Assembly: GCA_963806535.1 (NCBI GenBank)
Contig: CAWDYC010000005.1
Span: forward strand, 1-64,000
DNA from: Candidatus Bathyarchaeota archaeon
GTDB lineage: Archaea > Thermoproteota > Bathyarchaeia > Bathyarchaeales > Bathycorpusculaceae
DNA length: 64,000 nucleotides
Direction of reading: 5' to 3'
Made by a program: the position numbers and the translations under genes. How positions within the stretch are numbered: position 1 is the stretch's first letter; each line of letters opens with the position of its first letter. Below are positions 21,327 through 34,795 of this stretch, one piece after another. The notes under the pieces were generated by a model. That model was not told the DNA's origin, made no database searches, and saw only the letters and a program-made list of their open reading frames with translations.

Positions 21327-21403
21327 TGGAGCCTCGAGCGGGCCTTGCTCCCGCGGCCTGCTGCTTACAAGGCAGCCGCTCTACTGGGCTGAGCTATCGA
21401 GGC
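21327..21403 (-). tRNA. tRNA-Thr(TGT) with non-canonical D and T loops
   Basis: GCCTCGA/TCGAGGC acceptor, GCTGC-CTTGTAA-GCAGC anticodon arm, T arm GCGGG-AGCAAGG-CCCGC, CCA. Confidence 0.85.
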
Positions 21404-21605
21404 ACCCAAACTTGCCCAGATTACACCAACACATAAAACACAACCCAAATAAAAGTTACTACTGGTCTATTGTGAAGTTACGGCCTGCTGCTTACAAGGC
21501 AGCCGCTCTACTGGGCTGAGCTATCGAGGCACCCAAAGTTGCCCAGATTACATCAACACATAAAACACAACCCAAATAAAAGTTACTACTCGTCTGTTCG
21601 AAGTT
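21354..21605. repeat. Tandem duplication (period 127 bp) of the 5' 50 nt of tRNA-Thr plus its upstream region
   Basis: 21354-21463 is nearly identical to 21481-21590. Confidence 0.9.
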
Positions 21606-21816
21606 TTGAACTTTGACAACTTAAACGATTATTGTAAACCTTAATTGGTAGTGGTTCAAAGCCAAACGTATCTCTAATGTCAAATCTGGAGATATGCTTG
21701 CTATTTAGCATCGAAATATTTATGATGTTTTTATACTAGATTTCAAGGATTCATAAAACGTATCAATTAAGACACAATAGGGTTTATGTCCCATATTTGC
21801 CGCCAAATTTATATGG

Positions 21817-22040
21817 CTTAAACTTGCTTTAGATTTACTTCCCGATGCAACTCGGCAATTAACCCATGCTGTGTAAGGACGTGAACTTTCATGAACAATA
21901 AAACCTCAAAAATAATACAATGACGCCAAAAACCATTTTTCAACAAACCTTATTACGTCTCAACATAATGCTTATATCAGTGAAAGTCGCTTCTAATGCA
22001 ATTCAGCAATATGGGTTATACCATCAAACTGATGCAACTC
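21817..22040 (+). promoter_or_regulatory. Tandem stable-RNA promoters of the 23S rRNA gene
   Basis: CTTAAA (21817) and CTTATA (21971), each about 25-28 nt before an ATGCAA(C/T)TC start motif; a third ATGCAACTC near 22032. Confidence 0.55.
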
Positions 22041-22109
22041 CCCATCCACATCGATGTGGAGTGAAGGGTGAAATGACTCCGCCAAGTCACGGCGAAGATC
22101 AAAATGACA

Positions 22110-25297
<3,188 letters not shown>

Positions 25298-25437
25298 CGT
25301 ATCTATATTGCATTTTAGAATTTCGACATTTTTTGTTAGATGATTCTGTCTGATTTTTGGAGTTCGAGATTTTTCTTTTGGTTTTTGGTGTTCGATAAAT
25401 TCAAATTGGTAGCTTGCTAATGGCTTCTTGATTGTTA

Positions 25438-26513
25438 ATGAGTGAGAAGCAGCGTTTCATCTTCCATTTAGATATGGATCATTTCTACACTGCTGTTGAG
25501 GAGCGGGAGACACCCAGAAATCCGGGGCAAACCTGTCATTGTCGGCGCTGACCCAAAAGGGGGCAAAGGCAGAGGCGTCGTCAGCACAAGCAATTACATA
25601 GCCAGAAAAGTTGGCGTTCGCTCAGGCATGCCCATTTCACAAGCTTGGCGGCTGTGTCCAGAAGCAGTTTATTTGCCGCCGAATTTTCCTCTCTACATTA
25701 AGGTTTCAGAAGAAATCATGGAAATCGCCCGCAAATATGCGGACAAGTTTGAGCAGTGGGGAATTGATGAAGCTTTTTTGGATGTAACAAGCAAAGTTAA
25801 GGATTATGTTGAAGCGGAGGCTTTAGCTCGGCAGATTAAGCAGGAGATTAAAGAGAAGGAAAATCTAACTTGCTCTATTGGTGTGGGTCCGAACAAGCTT
25901 GTGGCTAAGGTTGCCAGCGATTTTCAGAAACCTGACGGCTTAACAGTTGTCCGAGATGAGGAAGTGGAAGTGTTTCTTGCGCCTTTGCCTGTGCGGAAGC
26001 TGCTTGTGGGTTGGACGTAAAACTGAGGCTAAACTAAAAGAGTTAGGTGTAAACACCATCGGCGACTTGGCAAAGTATGATGCTTCAGCGTTGACTTCGA
26101 TGTTTGGCGTGATGGGTTGGCAGATGCATTTGATGGCAAGGGGCATTGACAGCAGCGAAGTTGAAGAGCGTGTTGGCGTTAAAAGTGTAAGCCACGAAAC
26201 CACCTTTGAAGAAGACACCGCTGATCCCTCTGTGATTTTGCAGGCGTTAAATGACCTTTGCGTTGACGTTCAAAAAGAAACTGAAAACCAAAACCTGCTC
26301 TTCAAAACTGTTACATTGAAAATTCGTTTTGAACATTTTGAAACCCACACCAAAGCCAAAACCTTGCCCTTCTTAACCAACCGTCTCTATGACCTGCAAA
26401 AAACCGCAAAAGAACTCCTTACTCCTTACTTGCATAAAAACCGAAAAGTCAGGCTTATCGGCGTTAGAGTTTCAAGTTTGGTTTCGATGGAAAAACAGAA
26501 GACGCTGCTTTAA
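25438..26513 (+). CDS. dinB: DNA polymerase IV (Y-family DinB/Dpo4); two frameshifts
   Basis: HLDMDHFYTAVE, GVRSGMP, GIDEAFLD, NKLVAKVASDFQKPDG, VRLIGVRVS. Confidence 0.9.
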
Positions 26514-27062
26514 GGCTCTTCGACTTTTTGTGGAACTAAAGGTTTGCCAAAGGTTTCTTCGCTGGCAACTTCGCTGAGAGTTTTTCTTGAACGCATAAGA
26601 TGCAGAACTTTGCTTGATAAATCCAGTTTTTCACGTGAATAGCCAACTGCTAAAAGTACCAGAACTTCAAAGTTTTCAGGAACCTTTAAGCACTTCTTTG
26701 ACTTCTTTCTCGTCGAAGCTTCCCACGCAGCAGGTTCCTAATCCTTCGCTTACGGCGGTTAAAATCATGTTTTCTACGGCTAAGGCAACGTCGATGGCGT
26801 ACCAGTCAGGAGAGGCTTTTTTGTCTCCACAAGCAACAATGACCAGTGGGGATTGAGCAAGAAACTTTGCGTATATGCCCTTTGAGAGGATTTTTCTTTT
26901 TTCTTCATCAGTTACTGCGATAAAATGCCATGGTTCAATGTTTTTTGCTGAAGGTGCAAGTCGTCCAGCTTCCAAAATCTTCTCCAGTTTTTCTCTTGGA
27001 ACAGGTTTATCTTGGTAGGCGCGGATTGATCTTCTTTCCTGTACAGCTTCAAAAACATCCAT
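26510..27062 (-). CDS. Nitroreductase family protein; frameshift near 26680
   Basis: RRSIRAY, APSAKNIEPWHF, LTAVSEGLGTC, LAVGY in a shifted frame. Confidence 0.85.
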
Positions 27063-27449
27063 AACTGTTTGCTCCTTAGATAGAATTGGATTTTTCGTGT
27101 ATATTAGCTTATCAGAGTTCGGAAATTTTTGAAATTCAAAAAACTCGTCCATTTTAGCTAAAACACTCTTCTGAATGTCTTATGCTTTTAGGAGTTTGCA
27201 AATTATAGCCTAACCTTGCAATTGCTGCCGATTTGTTTGAGGTTCACTCAGAAAAGAAGAACAACAACAGTTGGTGGTAGCACTGGGTGTTGTTTTTCTC
27301 TGATAGAAGAAGTAGGATGGCTGGAAATAGCACACATCCTACTTCTTCTCTGCTTCAAAAGAAGAAGAAAACCTGTGGGAGCACTCTTCTTCTTTGATGC
27401 GTGTTGGCAGGTGATACTGAATAGTCTTTTAAAAATAGGCAACGGAAAA

Positions 27450-28112
27450 TTATGCTTCGTATTTCGTTGGGTCTGGTATGCGTGCTTCTTGGAAGGCTTT
27501 TTTGCGGTTTACGCAGGATTCGCATTTGCCGCAGTGCTTCTGGGCGTCGCGATAGCATGACCAGGTAAACTCGAAGGGGACGCCAAGTTCAGCTCCTGTC
27601 TTGATGACTTCGGATTTGCGTTTGCCGCTGAACGGCGCTTGAATGCTGATGTGTTCGCCTGTGCCTAGCTGCGCTGCTTTCTCGAATGCCTCGTAGAATT
27701 CACGTCTGCAGTCGGGATAGAAGGGTTCGTCTGAGCCATGTGCGCCATAAAAAATCTTGTCAGCTCCAACCGAAACCGCGTAAGAAACTGCTACTGAGAG
27801 GAAAATTGCATTTCTGAATGGAACGATTATGGGTTGGCTGAACTCAGCGGTTAGGGGGATGTTGGTGTTGCAGAGCGAGGTTACGTCGCCGAAGACTTCT
27901 TTCAAGGCTGAGAGGTCAACGATTTTTGTTTTGGTGCCAAGGCTTTCTGCGATTTTTTGTGCTGACGCGGTTTCTTTTACGGCGATTTGTCCATAATTGA
28001 AAGTTATAGGGTACAGCTCATATCCTTCTTTTTTTGCCCAGTAAGCTACAACGGCTGAGTCGGGTCCTCCGCTTAGAACTACTACGCATTCCGGTTTTTG
28101 TTTTTGTGTCAT
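27450..28112 (-). CDS. queC: 7-cyano-7-deazaguanine (preQ0) synthase
   Basis: LSGGPDS, FNYGQ, VPFRN, YPDCR, TWSCY..HCGKCESC..R. Confidence 0.95.
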   Translation of the reverse strand: MTQKQKPECVVVLSGGPDSAVVAYWAKKEGYELYPITFNYGQIAVKETASAQKIAESLGTKTKIVDLSALKEVFGDVTSLCNTNIPLTAEFSQPIIVPFRNAIFLSVAVSYAVSVGADKIFYGAHGSDEPFYPDCRREFYEAFEKAAQLGTGEHISIQAPFSGKRKSEVIKTGAELGVPFEFTWSCYRDAQKHCGKCESCVNRKKAFQEARIPDPTKYEA

Positions 28113-28134
28113 TTTCCTTCACCTTTTCCCAATT

Positions 28135-28653
28135 TCAAATTCCTAACTTTTCTCTTAATTTGGAAACCATTTTTGGAACACAGCGTTTCTTTTCAGTAAT
28201 TTGAATAGTGGCCATCCGATGAGCACAGTTGCAACTAACATTTCCAATGATTACATAGGCTATGCTAAACGGTAGAGGTATATTGAAGGGGGCGGATAGC
28301 ATCCATCCGACAGTTATGCCTAAAACAACTGAGTAAGCGGCGCAACTTCCAATAACGGTATAGTCATTTTTGGTCCGTTTGTAAATGTAGTAGACTACAA
28401 AAGACATTGCAAAAGAAGGTATTGTGTTTAGTAAGTCGATTGGACCAAGCGGTGAATATAAATTGCCTACAAATACTCCAAGTGTGTGCCCCAAGACTCC
28501 AGGTAATCCCAGCAAAGGAACTGCAGCAACCATCGAATCTGCAATTCGGACTTGAACAGGCCCAAAAGAGATGCCTCCGAGGACAATAACAAGGGCTGCA
28601 TAAAGCGCAGCATACATGGCGATTAAAGCTAAATCTTTAGTTTTTAGTTTCAA
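28135..28653 (-). CDS. queT: QueT-family queuosine/preQ precursor transporter
   Basis: AALYAAL..ISFGPVQVRIAD..G.FVGN..SPLG; directly upstream of queC. Confidence 0.85.
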   Translation of the reverse strand: MKLKTKDLALIAMYAALYAALVIVLGGISFGPVQVRIADSMVAAVPLLGLPGVLGHTLGVFVGNLYSPLGPIDLLNTIPSFAMSFVVYYIYKRTKNDYTVIGSCAAYSVVLGITVGWMLSAPFNIPLPFSIAYVIIGNVSCNCAHRMATIQITEKKRCVPKMVSKLREKLGI

Positions 28654-28659
28654 AGTTTA

Positions 28660-28732
28660 ATTTGCCTCCCTATCCCGGGTTTTATTTACGTTGGCGGAAC
28701 GGGTAGGAGACCAAACTCACCCGCCAATTGCA
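28660..28732 (-). promoter_or_regulatory. Candidate preQ0/preQ1-sensing riboswitch in the queT-queC leader
   Basis: TTGGCGG/CCGCCAA stem, A-rich tail TAAATAAAAC, 3' CCGGGATAGGGAGG able to pair back into the loop and containing the SD. Confidence 0.55.
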
Positions 28733-28897
28733 GTTTTGAAACTTCAGAGTTGCCTAAATACATTTAGGAAAATTTTTTGGTTTTTAGTAACGTGGAGTTG
28801 GGATGCGAAATATTAATAAATCTCTTGGAAAGATTACATGTTGCTACTTCCTAGTGGATGGCATTCCGCGAAACGAAGTTTTAGGGAGCATAAAACT

Positions 28898-29543
28898 ATG
28901 TCACAAAATAATTCAGCTAGTCAACTAGTCCTTAAAGGAACAACTACAATTGGCGTCGTCTGTAAAGATGGCGTAATCTTGGCTTCTGATACCCGAGTAA
29001 CTATGGGTTACTATGTTGCTCATAAAGCGGGTAAAAAAGTGTACAAAATCGACGATCACATCGGCATGACAATTGCTGGAACAGTGGCAGATGCCCAAAG
29101 AGTCGTAGATATTCTTACAGCTAACGCAGCTCTCTACAAAATCAACATGAATCGACCAATGCCACTAAGTTCAGCGGCACGATTGGTTGCTAACTTGCTG
29201 TTTTCAGCACGCTACATACCATTGGCAACTCAAGTTCTTGTCGGCGGCGTAGATGACACTGGACCACACGTTTACAATTTAGATCCATATGGAAGCTTGA
29301 ATGAGGAAAAAATCGGTTTCAACCGGCTCTGGTTCACCAGTTGCCTATGGTATTCTTGAGGACAAATATCGTGAAGGCATGACGATTGCCGAATTGCTCC
29401 CAACTATAGCTAAAGCGGTTAACGCGGCTATGAAACGTGATGTTGCAAGCGGCAATAGCTACAATATAATTGTTATCGACAGCAATGGCTATCGCGAATT
29501 ATCAGCCGAAGAAAAAGACAAAGTCCTCAAAGCAGGAAGTTAA
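28898..29543 (+). CDS. psmB: Proteasome beta subunit; frameshift near 29310
   Basis: LKG/TTTIG propeptide cleavage site, AGTVADAQ, TGSGS, KRDVASG. Confidence 0.95.
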
Positions 29544-29548
29544 TTACA

Positions 29549-31474
29549 GTGGCTAGATCTCAAGACAAAGAAAAAGATAAGATAGAAATTAGTCAATTTA
29601 TTTTACAAAAAGTTCCAAGAGAAGCAGAGGTCACCAGAATTGAATATGAAGGACCAATGCTCGCAGTCTACACTAAAAAACCTGAAATTTTGGCTGAACA
29701 AAGCGGTATAGTCGCAGAAATCGTCGGGGTAATCCGAAAAAGAATCGTCATTCGTCCTGACCCATCAGTTAGGCTGCCTGAAGTTGAAGCCGAAAAAATC
29801 GCTCGCGAACTAATCCCAGCAGAAGCAGAAATTACTGACATAAATTTTGATCCAAGTCTTGGCGAAATAATAATTGAAACAAAAAAGCCAGGTTTAGTTA
29901 TTGGAAGAAACGGCGCAGTTTTGCAGGATATTATAAAAAATACTAAATGGCGCCCACATGTTTTGCGCAGCCCGCCTATCAAATCAAAGATTGTTACTCA
30001 CATGCGTCATTACTTACACTCTGAAAGCAAAGAGCGGGAAAGAATCCTTCGCACCGTAGGCGAACGCATCTTTAGACCAAAAACCTACGATGTAGGAGAC
30101 CTTCGAATGACCGTTCTCGGTGGAGCACAAGAAGTCGGTCGCTCAGCATTTCTAATCAAAACACGAGAAAGCAGTGTACTACTCGACTGCGGTATTAACC
30201 CTGGTTCAAATAGACCTTTTGAAGGATTTCCAAGATTCGATTCACCAGAATTCCAGATCGATTCATTAGACGCAGTGGTTATCAGCCACGCCCACCTTGA
30301 CCACTGCGGTTTAACACCATTTCTCTACAAATACGGTTATGATGGCCCAGTATACTGTACAGCCCCAACCTCAAATTTGATGACTATGCTACAGCTGGAC
30401 TATTTAGATGTAGCCGGCAAACAAGGTGTAACACCTTACTACGACCAAAAAGACGTGCGTGAATGCGTTCTGCATACCATCCCACTTAGATATGGCGTTG
30501 TTACGGACATAGCGCCTGATATTCGTCTAACTTTGCACAATTCTGGACACATTTTGGGCGGTGCCATGGTTCATTTACACATCGGCGAAGGCTTACACAA
30601 CATTGTTTACACCAGCGACTACAAGTTTGCCCGAACAATGCTTTTGGAAGCAGCAGCTACCGAGTTTCCCCGAATTGAAACAGTGATTACGGAGAGTACT
30701 TATGGCGGCGCAGATGATGTTATGCCTTCACGTATTGAAGCAGAAGAAGCAATGACCCGCACAATCAACCAAACATTAGAACGCAAAGGTAAAGTCCTGA
30801 TTCCAGTCCCAGCAGTCGGCAGAGCCCAAGAAATCATGCTCATCATCGATGGATACATGAAACGCGGCTTAATGAAAGAAGCACCAGTCTTCATCGAAGG
30901 CATGATCAGCGAAGCAACAGCCATCCACACAGCCTACCCAGAATACCTCGGCAGAGAAGTACGCCACAGCATCCTACACGAAGGCATCAACCCATTCCAA
31001 AGCGACTACTTCACTATAGTAGAGCACCCAAGCGTACGCCAAAGCATCATTGAAGGAGAACCATGCATAGTCTTGGCAACATCAGGCATGCTTGAAGGCG
31101 GACCAGTAATAGAATACTTCAAAAACTGGGCCAACGACGAGCGCAACACAATAATTTTCGTCAGCTACCAAATCGAAGGCACTATGGGAAGAAGAGTACA
31201 GAAAGGAGTAGGCGAAGTGACTATGATGGATAACGAAGGCAAAATGGCAGCGTTGCAGGTGAAAATGCATAATGAATCGATCGAAGGGTTCTCTGGTCAC
31301 TCAGACAGGCGACAATTAGTTAATTACTTAACTCATTTAACGCCCAAGCCCGAACGTATCTTTGTGGTTCACGGAGAAAAACAGAAAACAATGGCATTTG
31401 CTAACTTTATGGATAACAAAGCCGGCATAAACACTGTTGTTCCAGCAATACTGGAAACATATAGGCTGCTTTAA
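29549..31474 (+). CDS. fttA: KH-domain beta-CASP ribonuclease aCPSF1 / transcription termination factor FttA
   Basis: IEYEGP and KPGLVIGRNG KH domains, LGGAQEVGRS, SHAHLDH, GFSGHSD; syntenic with psmB. Confidence 0.95.
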   Translation: MARSQDKEKDKIEISQFILQKVPREAEVTRIEYEGPMLAVYTKKPEILAEQSGIVAEIVGVIRKRIVIRPDPSVRLPEVEAEKIARELIPAEAEITDINFDPSLGEIIIETKKPGLVIGRNGAVLQDIIKNTKWRPHVLRSPPIKSKIVTHMRHYLHSESKERERILRTVGERIFRPKTYDVGDLRMTVLGGAQEVGRSAFLIKTRESSVLLDCGINPGSNRPFEGFPRFDSPEFQIDSLDAVVISHAHLDHCGLTPFLYKYGYDGPVYCTAPTSNLMTMLQLDYLDVAGKQGVTPYYDQKDVRECVLHTIPLRYGVVTDIAPDIRLTLHNSGHILGGAMVHLHIGEGLHNIVYTSDYKFARTMLLEAAATEFPRIETVITESTYGGADDVMPSRIEAEEAMTRTINQTLERKGKVLIPVPAVGRAQEIMLIIDGYMKRGLMKEAPVFIEGMISEATAIHTAYPEYLGREVRHSILHEGINPFQSDYFTIVEHPSVRQSIIEGEPCIVLATSGMLEGGPVIEYFKNWANDERNTIIFVSYQIEGTMGRRVQKGVGEVTMMDNEGKMAALQVKMHNESIEGFSGHSDRRQLVNYLTHLTPKPERIFVVHGEKQKTMAFANFMDNKAGINTVVPAILETYRLL

Positions 31475-31501
31475 AATAAGAAAACAGAAATCTCGGAATT
31501 T

Positions 31502-32032
31502 TTAGGCTGTTGTAGGTAAAGGCTCGTTTGAAACTTTCGCTGGCGATTTTTCACGCCAAATTCTTATTGTTTTCGGGCAGATAACAACTCGTTCTTCACC
31601 TAAACGGGCAATGTCGCCGCCTATAGATTCAGAGAATTGGAATAATTCGTTAACGGCGTTTTTTACATCCTCAATACTCTTTGTGGCAAGAGGAGTAACA
31701 CGTAAAATTATGATATTTCCGTTTTTGACCTCGTTTTTTATGTTTTCAAGGTCAGATAATTCTCGGAGAGGCATAGCTTTAAGATAGGTTTTGTTTAGGG
31801 GCTCAAGGGGTTCCTGCTTTTGCTCTTGAGGCGGAGTAACTGTTTGATTAAGTTCTTCCACTGTCGGTGCAGTAGTTTCTTGTAAAGGCTCCTGGGTAGG
31901 TGCCGCTGGTTCTTGTTTGACCTCTTCTTGAGGCTGAACAGGCGTTTCTTCTTGTTTGGTTGCTTCTTGAGGAGGCATAGCTGGTGTTTCCTGTTCTGGT
32001 TGTTTCTTTTTGCGGAATAGATTAAACGGCAT
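31502..32032 (-). CDS. sepF: Archaeal cell division protein SepF with long P/Q/E-rich linker
   Basis: MPFNLF membrane-targeting start; GNIIILRV, IGGDIARLG..RVVICP. Confidence 0.85.
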   Translation of the reverse strand: MPFNLFRKKKQPEQETPAMPPQEATKQEETPVQPQEEVKQEPAAPTQEPLQETTAPTVEELNQTVTPPQEQKQEPLEPLNKTYLKAMPLRELSDLENIKNEVKNGNIIILRVTPLATKSIEDVKNAVNELFQFSESIGGDIARLGEERVVICPKTIRIWREKSPAKVSNEPLPTTA

Positions 32033-32198
32033 TTTCTCTCTCAATCCCTTATTATCTAGGCTTCAACAGTTAAGCGTTTCTTAACCGTTAGTTTTATGTG
32101 GAGTTATATTTTACATTTATTGGCACTTGCATATTTGATTTGTGTTTTAATAGTAAGTCCCTATCTCATTTCCGGCTTTCTTTTCACCGTTTCTTCGT

Positions 32199-32543
32199 TT
32201 ACCTGATTAAAATTAACAGGTTATTTGTTATTACAATAGCTAAAAAGACTAGAACACCGACGCTTGCGATTTTTATTAATTTTGATGAGTAAATAAAAGT
32301 TTTAGTTCCTTTATTTTGCGTCTTCATCAAAGTTTTGTTTGCAATGACAAATGAGAACGCCGCAATCATTGTTGCTGCAAGCTTAACAATTAAGAAGGCT
32401 CCAATGTTTGTGCTAACTATGCCTGTCATAAATGGGTTTAGTTCTGTGTCTCCCTGATATAGAATTCCTATAACTGTTGTTATGCAGTCGATAATACCCA
32501 TTATTACAAGAAGTACACTTGGAATTATCTGTGACTTAAGCAT
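32199..32543 (-). CDS. DUF5658-like membrane protein
   Basis: DCITT..G..ELNPFM, F..VKL. Confidence 0.7.
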   Translation of the reverse strand: MLKSQIIPSVLLVIMGIIDCITTVIGILYQGDTELNPFMTGIVSTNIGAFLIVKLAATMIAAFSFVIANKTLMKTQNKGTKTFIYSSKLIKIASVGVLVFLAIVITNNLLILIR

Positions 32544-32812
32544 GCTTGCCTTCTCCTTTCTCCTGAAACCATAGATTCACACTAATGACTTATGAATCAC
32601 GCTTCGTTTTTCGATATATTCCGATAAAAAAACGTTTCTTAAATTTCTAAAATCTTTATGTAACTTTATTATCTAATTTTAAATTCTTTTTTTAAAATAT
32701 TAAACTATCGTTTGGCTATTAAAAAAGAGAAGTTGTTAAACAAAAAGACACTATTCGCTTCACATAAGCCTTATATTTTTAATATTAAACTTCTTGCTGG
32801 AAGGCTTTAAGC

Positions 32813-33889
32813 ATGCATAAAAAACTCTTGATTCCTGGCCCAACTGAAGTCAGCCAAGAAATACTGAACGAGCAAACTCACCTACTTATCGGTCACAGAG
32901 ATAAAGAATTCTCAGACCTTTACGCTGGAATAACAGGCAAGCTAACTACGTACTTTGAATTGCCTGAAGATGTTAAGCCGACAATTACGACTTCATCGGG
33001 CACCCTGTGGTTTGACATCGTAGGCAGAAGTATCGTTAAACAAAAAGCGTTAGCATGTGTTAATGGCGCTTTTGCTAAACGATGCGCTGAAACTCTGCGT
33101 GCATGCGGCAAAACTACTGATTTCTTGGAGGTTGAATGGGGCAAAGCCGTCAAACCCGAAATGATAGCTGAAAAACTTGATAGCGGCGAATATGACACAT
33201 TAACAGTATGCCACAACGAATCTTCTACAGGTGTAAGAAATCCAATTAAAGAAATTGGTCAAATGATACGTAAGAAGTATCCAAATGTAATTTACGCGAT
33301 TGATGCTGTTTCCTCTATGGCTGGGGACAAAACCTTGCCAAGTGAAATTGGCTGCGATGTCATTTTTGCTTCAAGCCAAAAATGCTTCGCTCTACCTCCA
33401 GGATTAACAGTTGCCTTAGTTAACGACCGCGCAATCGAGAGAGCCAAAGAAGTGCCGAACAGAGGCACCTACACAGACATGGTTGAACTCTTCGAATTTG
33501 AAAAAAAACACCAAACCCCCTTCACTCCATGTGAGCCATTACTATTTGCCTTGAATAAACGCATGGACCTTCTGATTAAGGAAACATACAACCATGTTTA
33601 TCAACGCCACCTAGAAATGGCAAAATACACTCAGCAATGGGCTAAGAAACATTTTGAAATGTTCCCTGAACCAGGCTACGAATCCATAACGGTAAGTTGC
33701 ATAAAAAACACGTTAAACAAAAATTTTAAAGAACTCAACCAGAAACTCGGCGAGAAAGGCTATATGATATCTAATGGCTATGGCAAATTAGCTGACAAAA
33801 CCTTCCGTATCGGACATATGGGAGAATGGAATTTGGCTGGAATCAAAGAAGTCATTGGTTTAATTGATTCGATTTGGGGATTAAAGTGA
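32813..33889 (+). CDS. Class V PLP aminotransferase (serine-pyruvate / phosphoserine aminotransferase)
   Basis: LLIPGPT, HNESSTG, DAVSS, SSQKCFALPPGL, FRIGHMG. Confidence 0.9.
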   Translation: MHKKLLIPGPTEVSQEILNEQTHLLIGHRDKEFSDLYAGITGKLTTYFELPEDVKPTITTSSGTLWFDIVGRSIVKQKALACVNGAFAKRCAETLRACGKTTDFLEVEWGKAVKPEMIAEKLDSGEYDTLTVCHNESSTGVRNPIKEIGQMIRKKYPNVIYAIDAVSSMAGDKTLPSEIGCDVIFASSQKCFALPPGLTVALVNDRAIERAKEVPNRGTYTDMVELFEFEKKHQTPFTPCEPLLFALNKRMDLLIKETYNHVYQRHLEMAKYTQQWAKKHFEMFPEPGYESITVSCIKNTLNKNFKELNQKLGEKGYMISNGYGKLADKTFRIGHMGEWNLAGIKEVIGLIDSIWGLK

Positions 33890-34785
33890 CTTTCAAAATC
33901 CTAGTAAGTGACAAGATATTCGAAGAGGGCCTAAAGCTTCTTGAAGAGAAAAAATACCGTGTAACCCGTGCATGGGATATGCCGAAAAATGAGCTTCCCA
34001 AAATAATAGGTGACTATGACGCGTTAATTGTTAGGTCAGCAACGAAAGTTAAAGGCGAATTATTAGATAATGCGAAAAACCTCAAAGTAATCGGGCGTGC
34101 GGGGGAAGGCTTAGACAATGTTGACTATGAAAAAGCGAATTCACTTGGGATCGCTATAGTAAATACTCCGCATGTTTCTTACATGAGTGTTGCCGAATTA
34201 ACAATAGGTCACTTGCTTGCGCTTGCAAGAAGGATAGTGCAAGGTACTACTAGTTTGCGCGAAGGTAAGTGGGAAAAAGAAGAATTAATGGGTACAGAAG
34301 TAAACGGAAAAACCCTTGGTGTTATTGGTTGCGGTTATATTGGAAAAACAGTTGAGCGTTTAGCGATGTCGTTAGGCATGAAGGTATTGCCAGTTGAAGA
34401 ATGCGCTTACGACAGATTTGTTCCCCTTGGCGAAATGCTCCCGCAAGCGGACTTTATCACAATTCATGTACCCTTAACACAACATACTCGCCATATGATC
34501 TCGAAAAAGGAATTTGACTTGATGAAAGATGGCGTGATGGTTATTGATTGCTCCCGCGGTGGAGTCGTGGATCAAGAAGCTCTTTATAACGCGTTGGTTT
34601 CGGGAAAAGTTAAAAGTGCAGCCTTGGACGTTTTCGAAGAAGAACCTCCCAAAAACAGTAAACTCTTGACATTAGACAGTGTAATAGCCACGCCACATAT
34701 GGGAGCTCAAACATATGAAGCCCAGTTAAAGGCAAGTGTACAAATAGCTAAGGCCGTTATAGAAGCGCTGGAAAAAACATCTTGA
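33886..34785 (+). CDS. D-2-hydroxyacid / phosphoglycerate dehydrogenase (short SerA paralog)
   Basis: VRSATKV, GRAGEGLDNVD, GCGYIG, TPHMGAQT.EAQ; GTG start overlaps the upstream stop. Confidence 0.85.
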   Translation: MTFKILVSDKIFEEGLKLLEEKKYRVTRAWDMPKNELPKIIGDYDALIVRSATKVKGELLDNAKNLKVIGRAGEGLDNVDYEKANSLGIAIVNTPHVSYMSVAELTIGHLLALARRIVQGTTSLREGKWEKEELMGTEVNGKTLGVIGCGYIGKTVERLAMSLGMKVLPVEECAYDRFVPLGEMLPQADFITIHVPLTQHTRHMISKKEFDLMKDGVMVIDCSRGGVVDQEALYNALVSGKVKSAALDVFEEEPPKNSKLLTLDSVIATPHMGAQTYEAQLKASVQIAKAVIEALEKTS

Positions 34786-34795
34786 GCTGAAACCT

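Noticed and set aside
28898-31474. psmB-fttA adjacency
   Set aside because: Well-known conserved archaeal synteny
31790-32010. P/Q/E/T-rich quasi-repeats in sepF, and the PAPAPVPAP tail of the FKBP
   Set aside because: Ordinary low-complexity linkers
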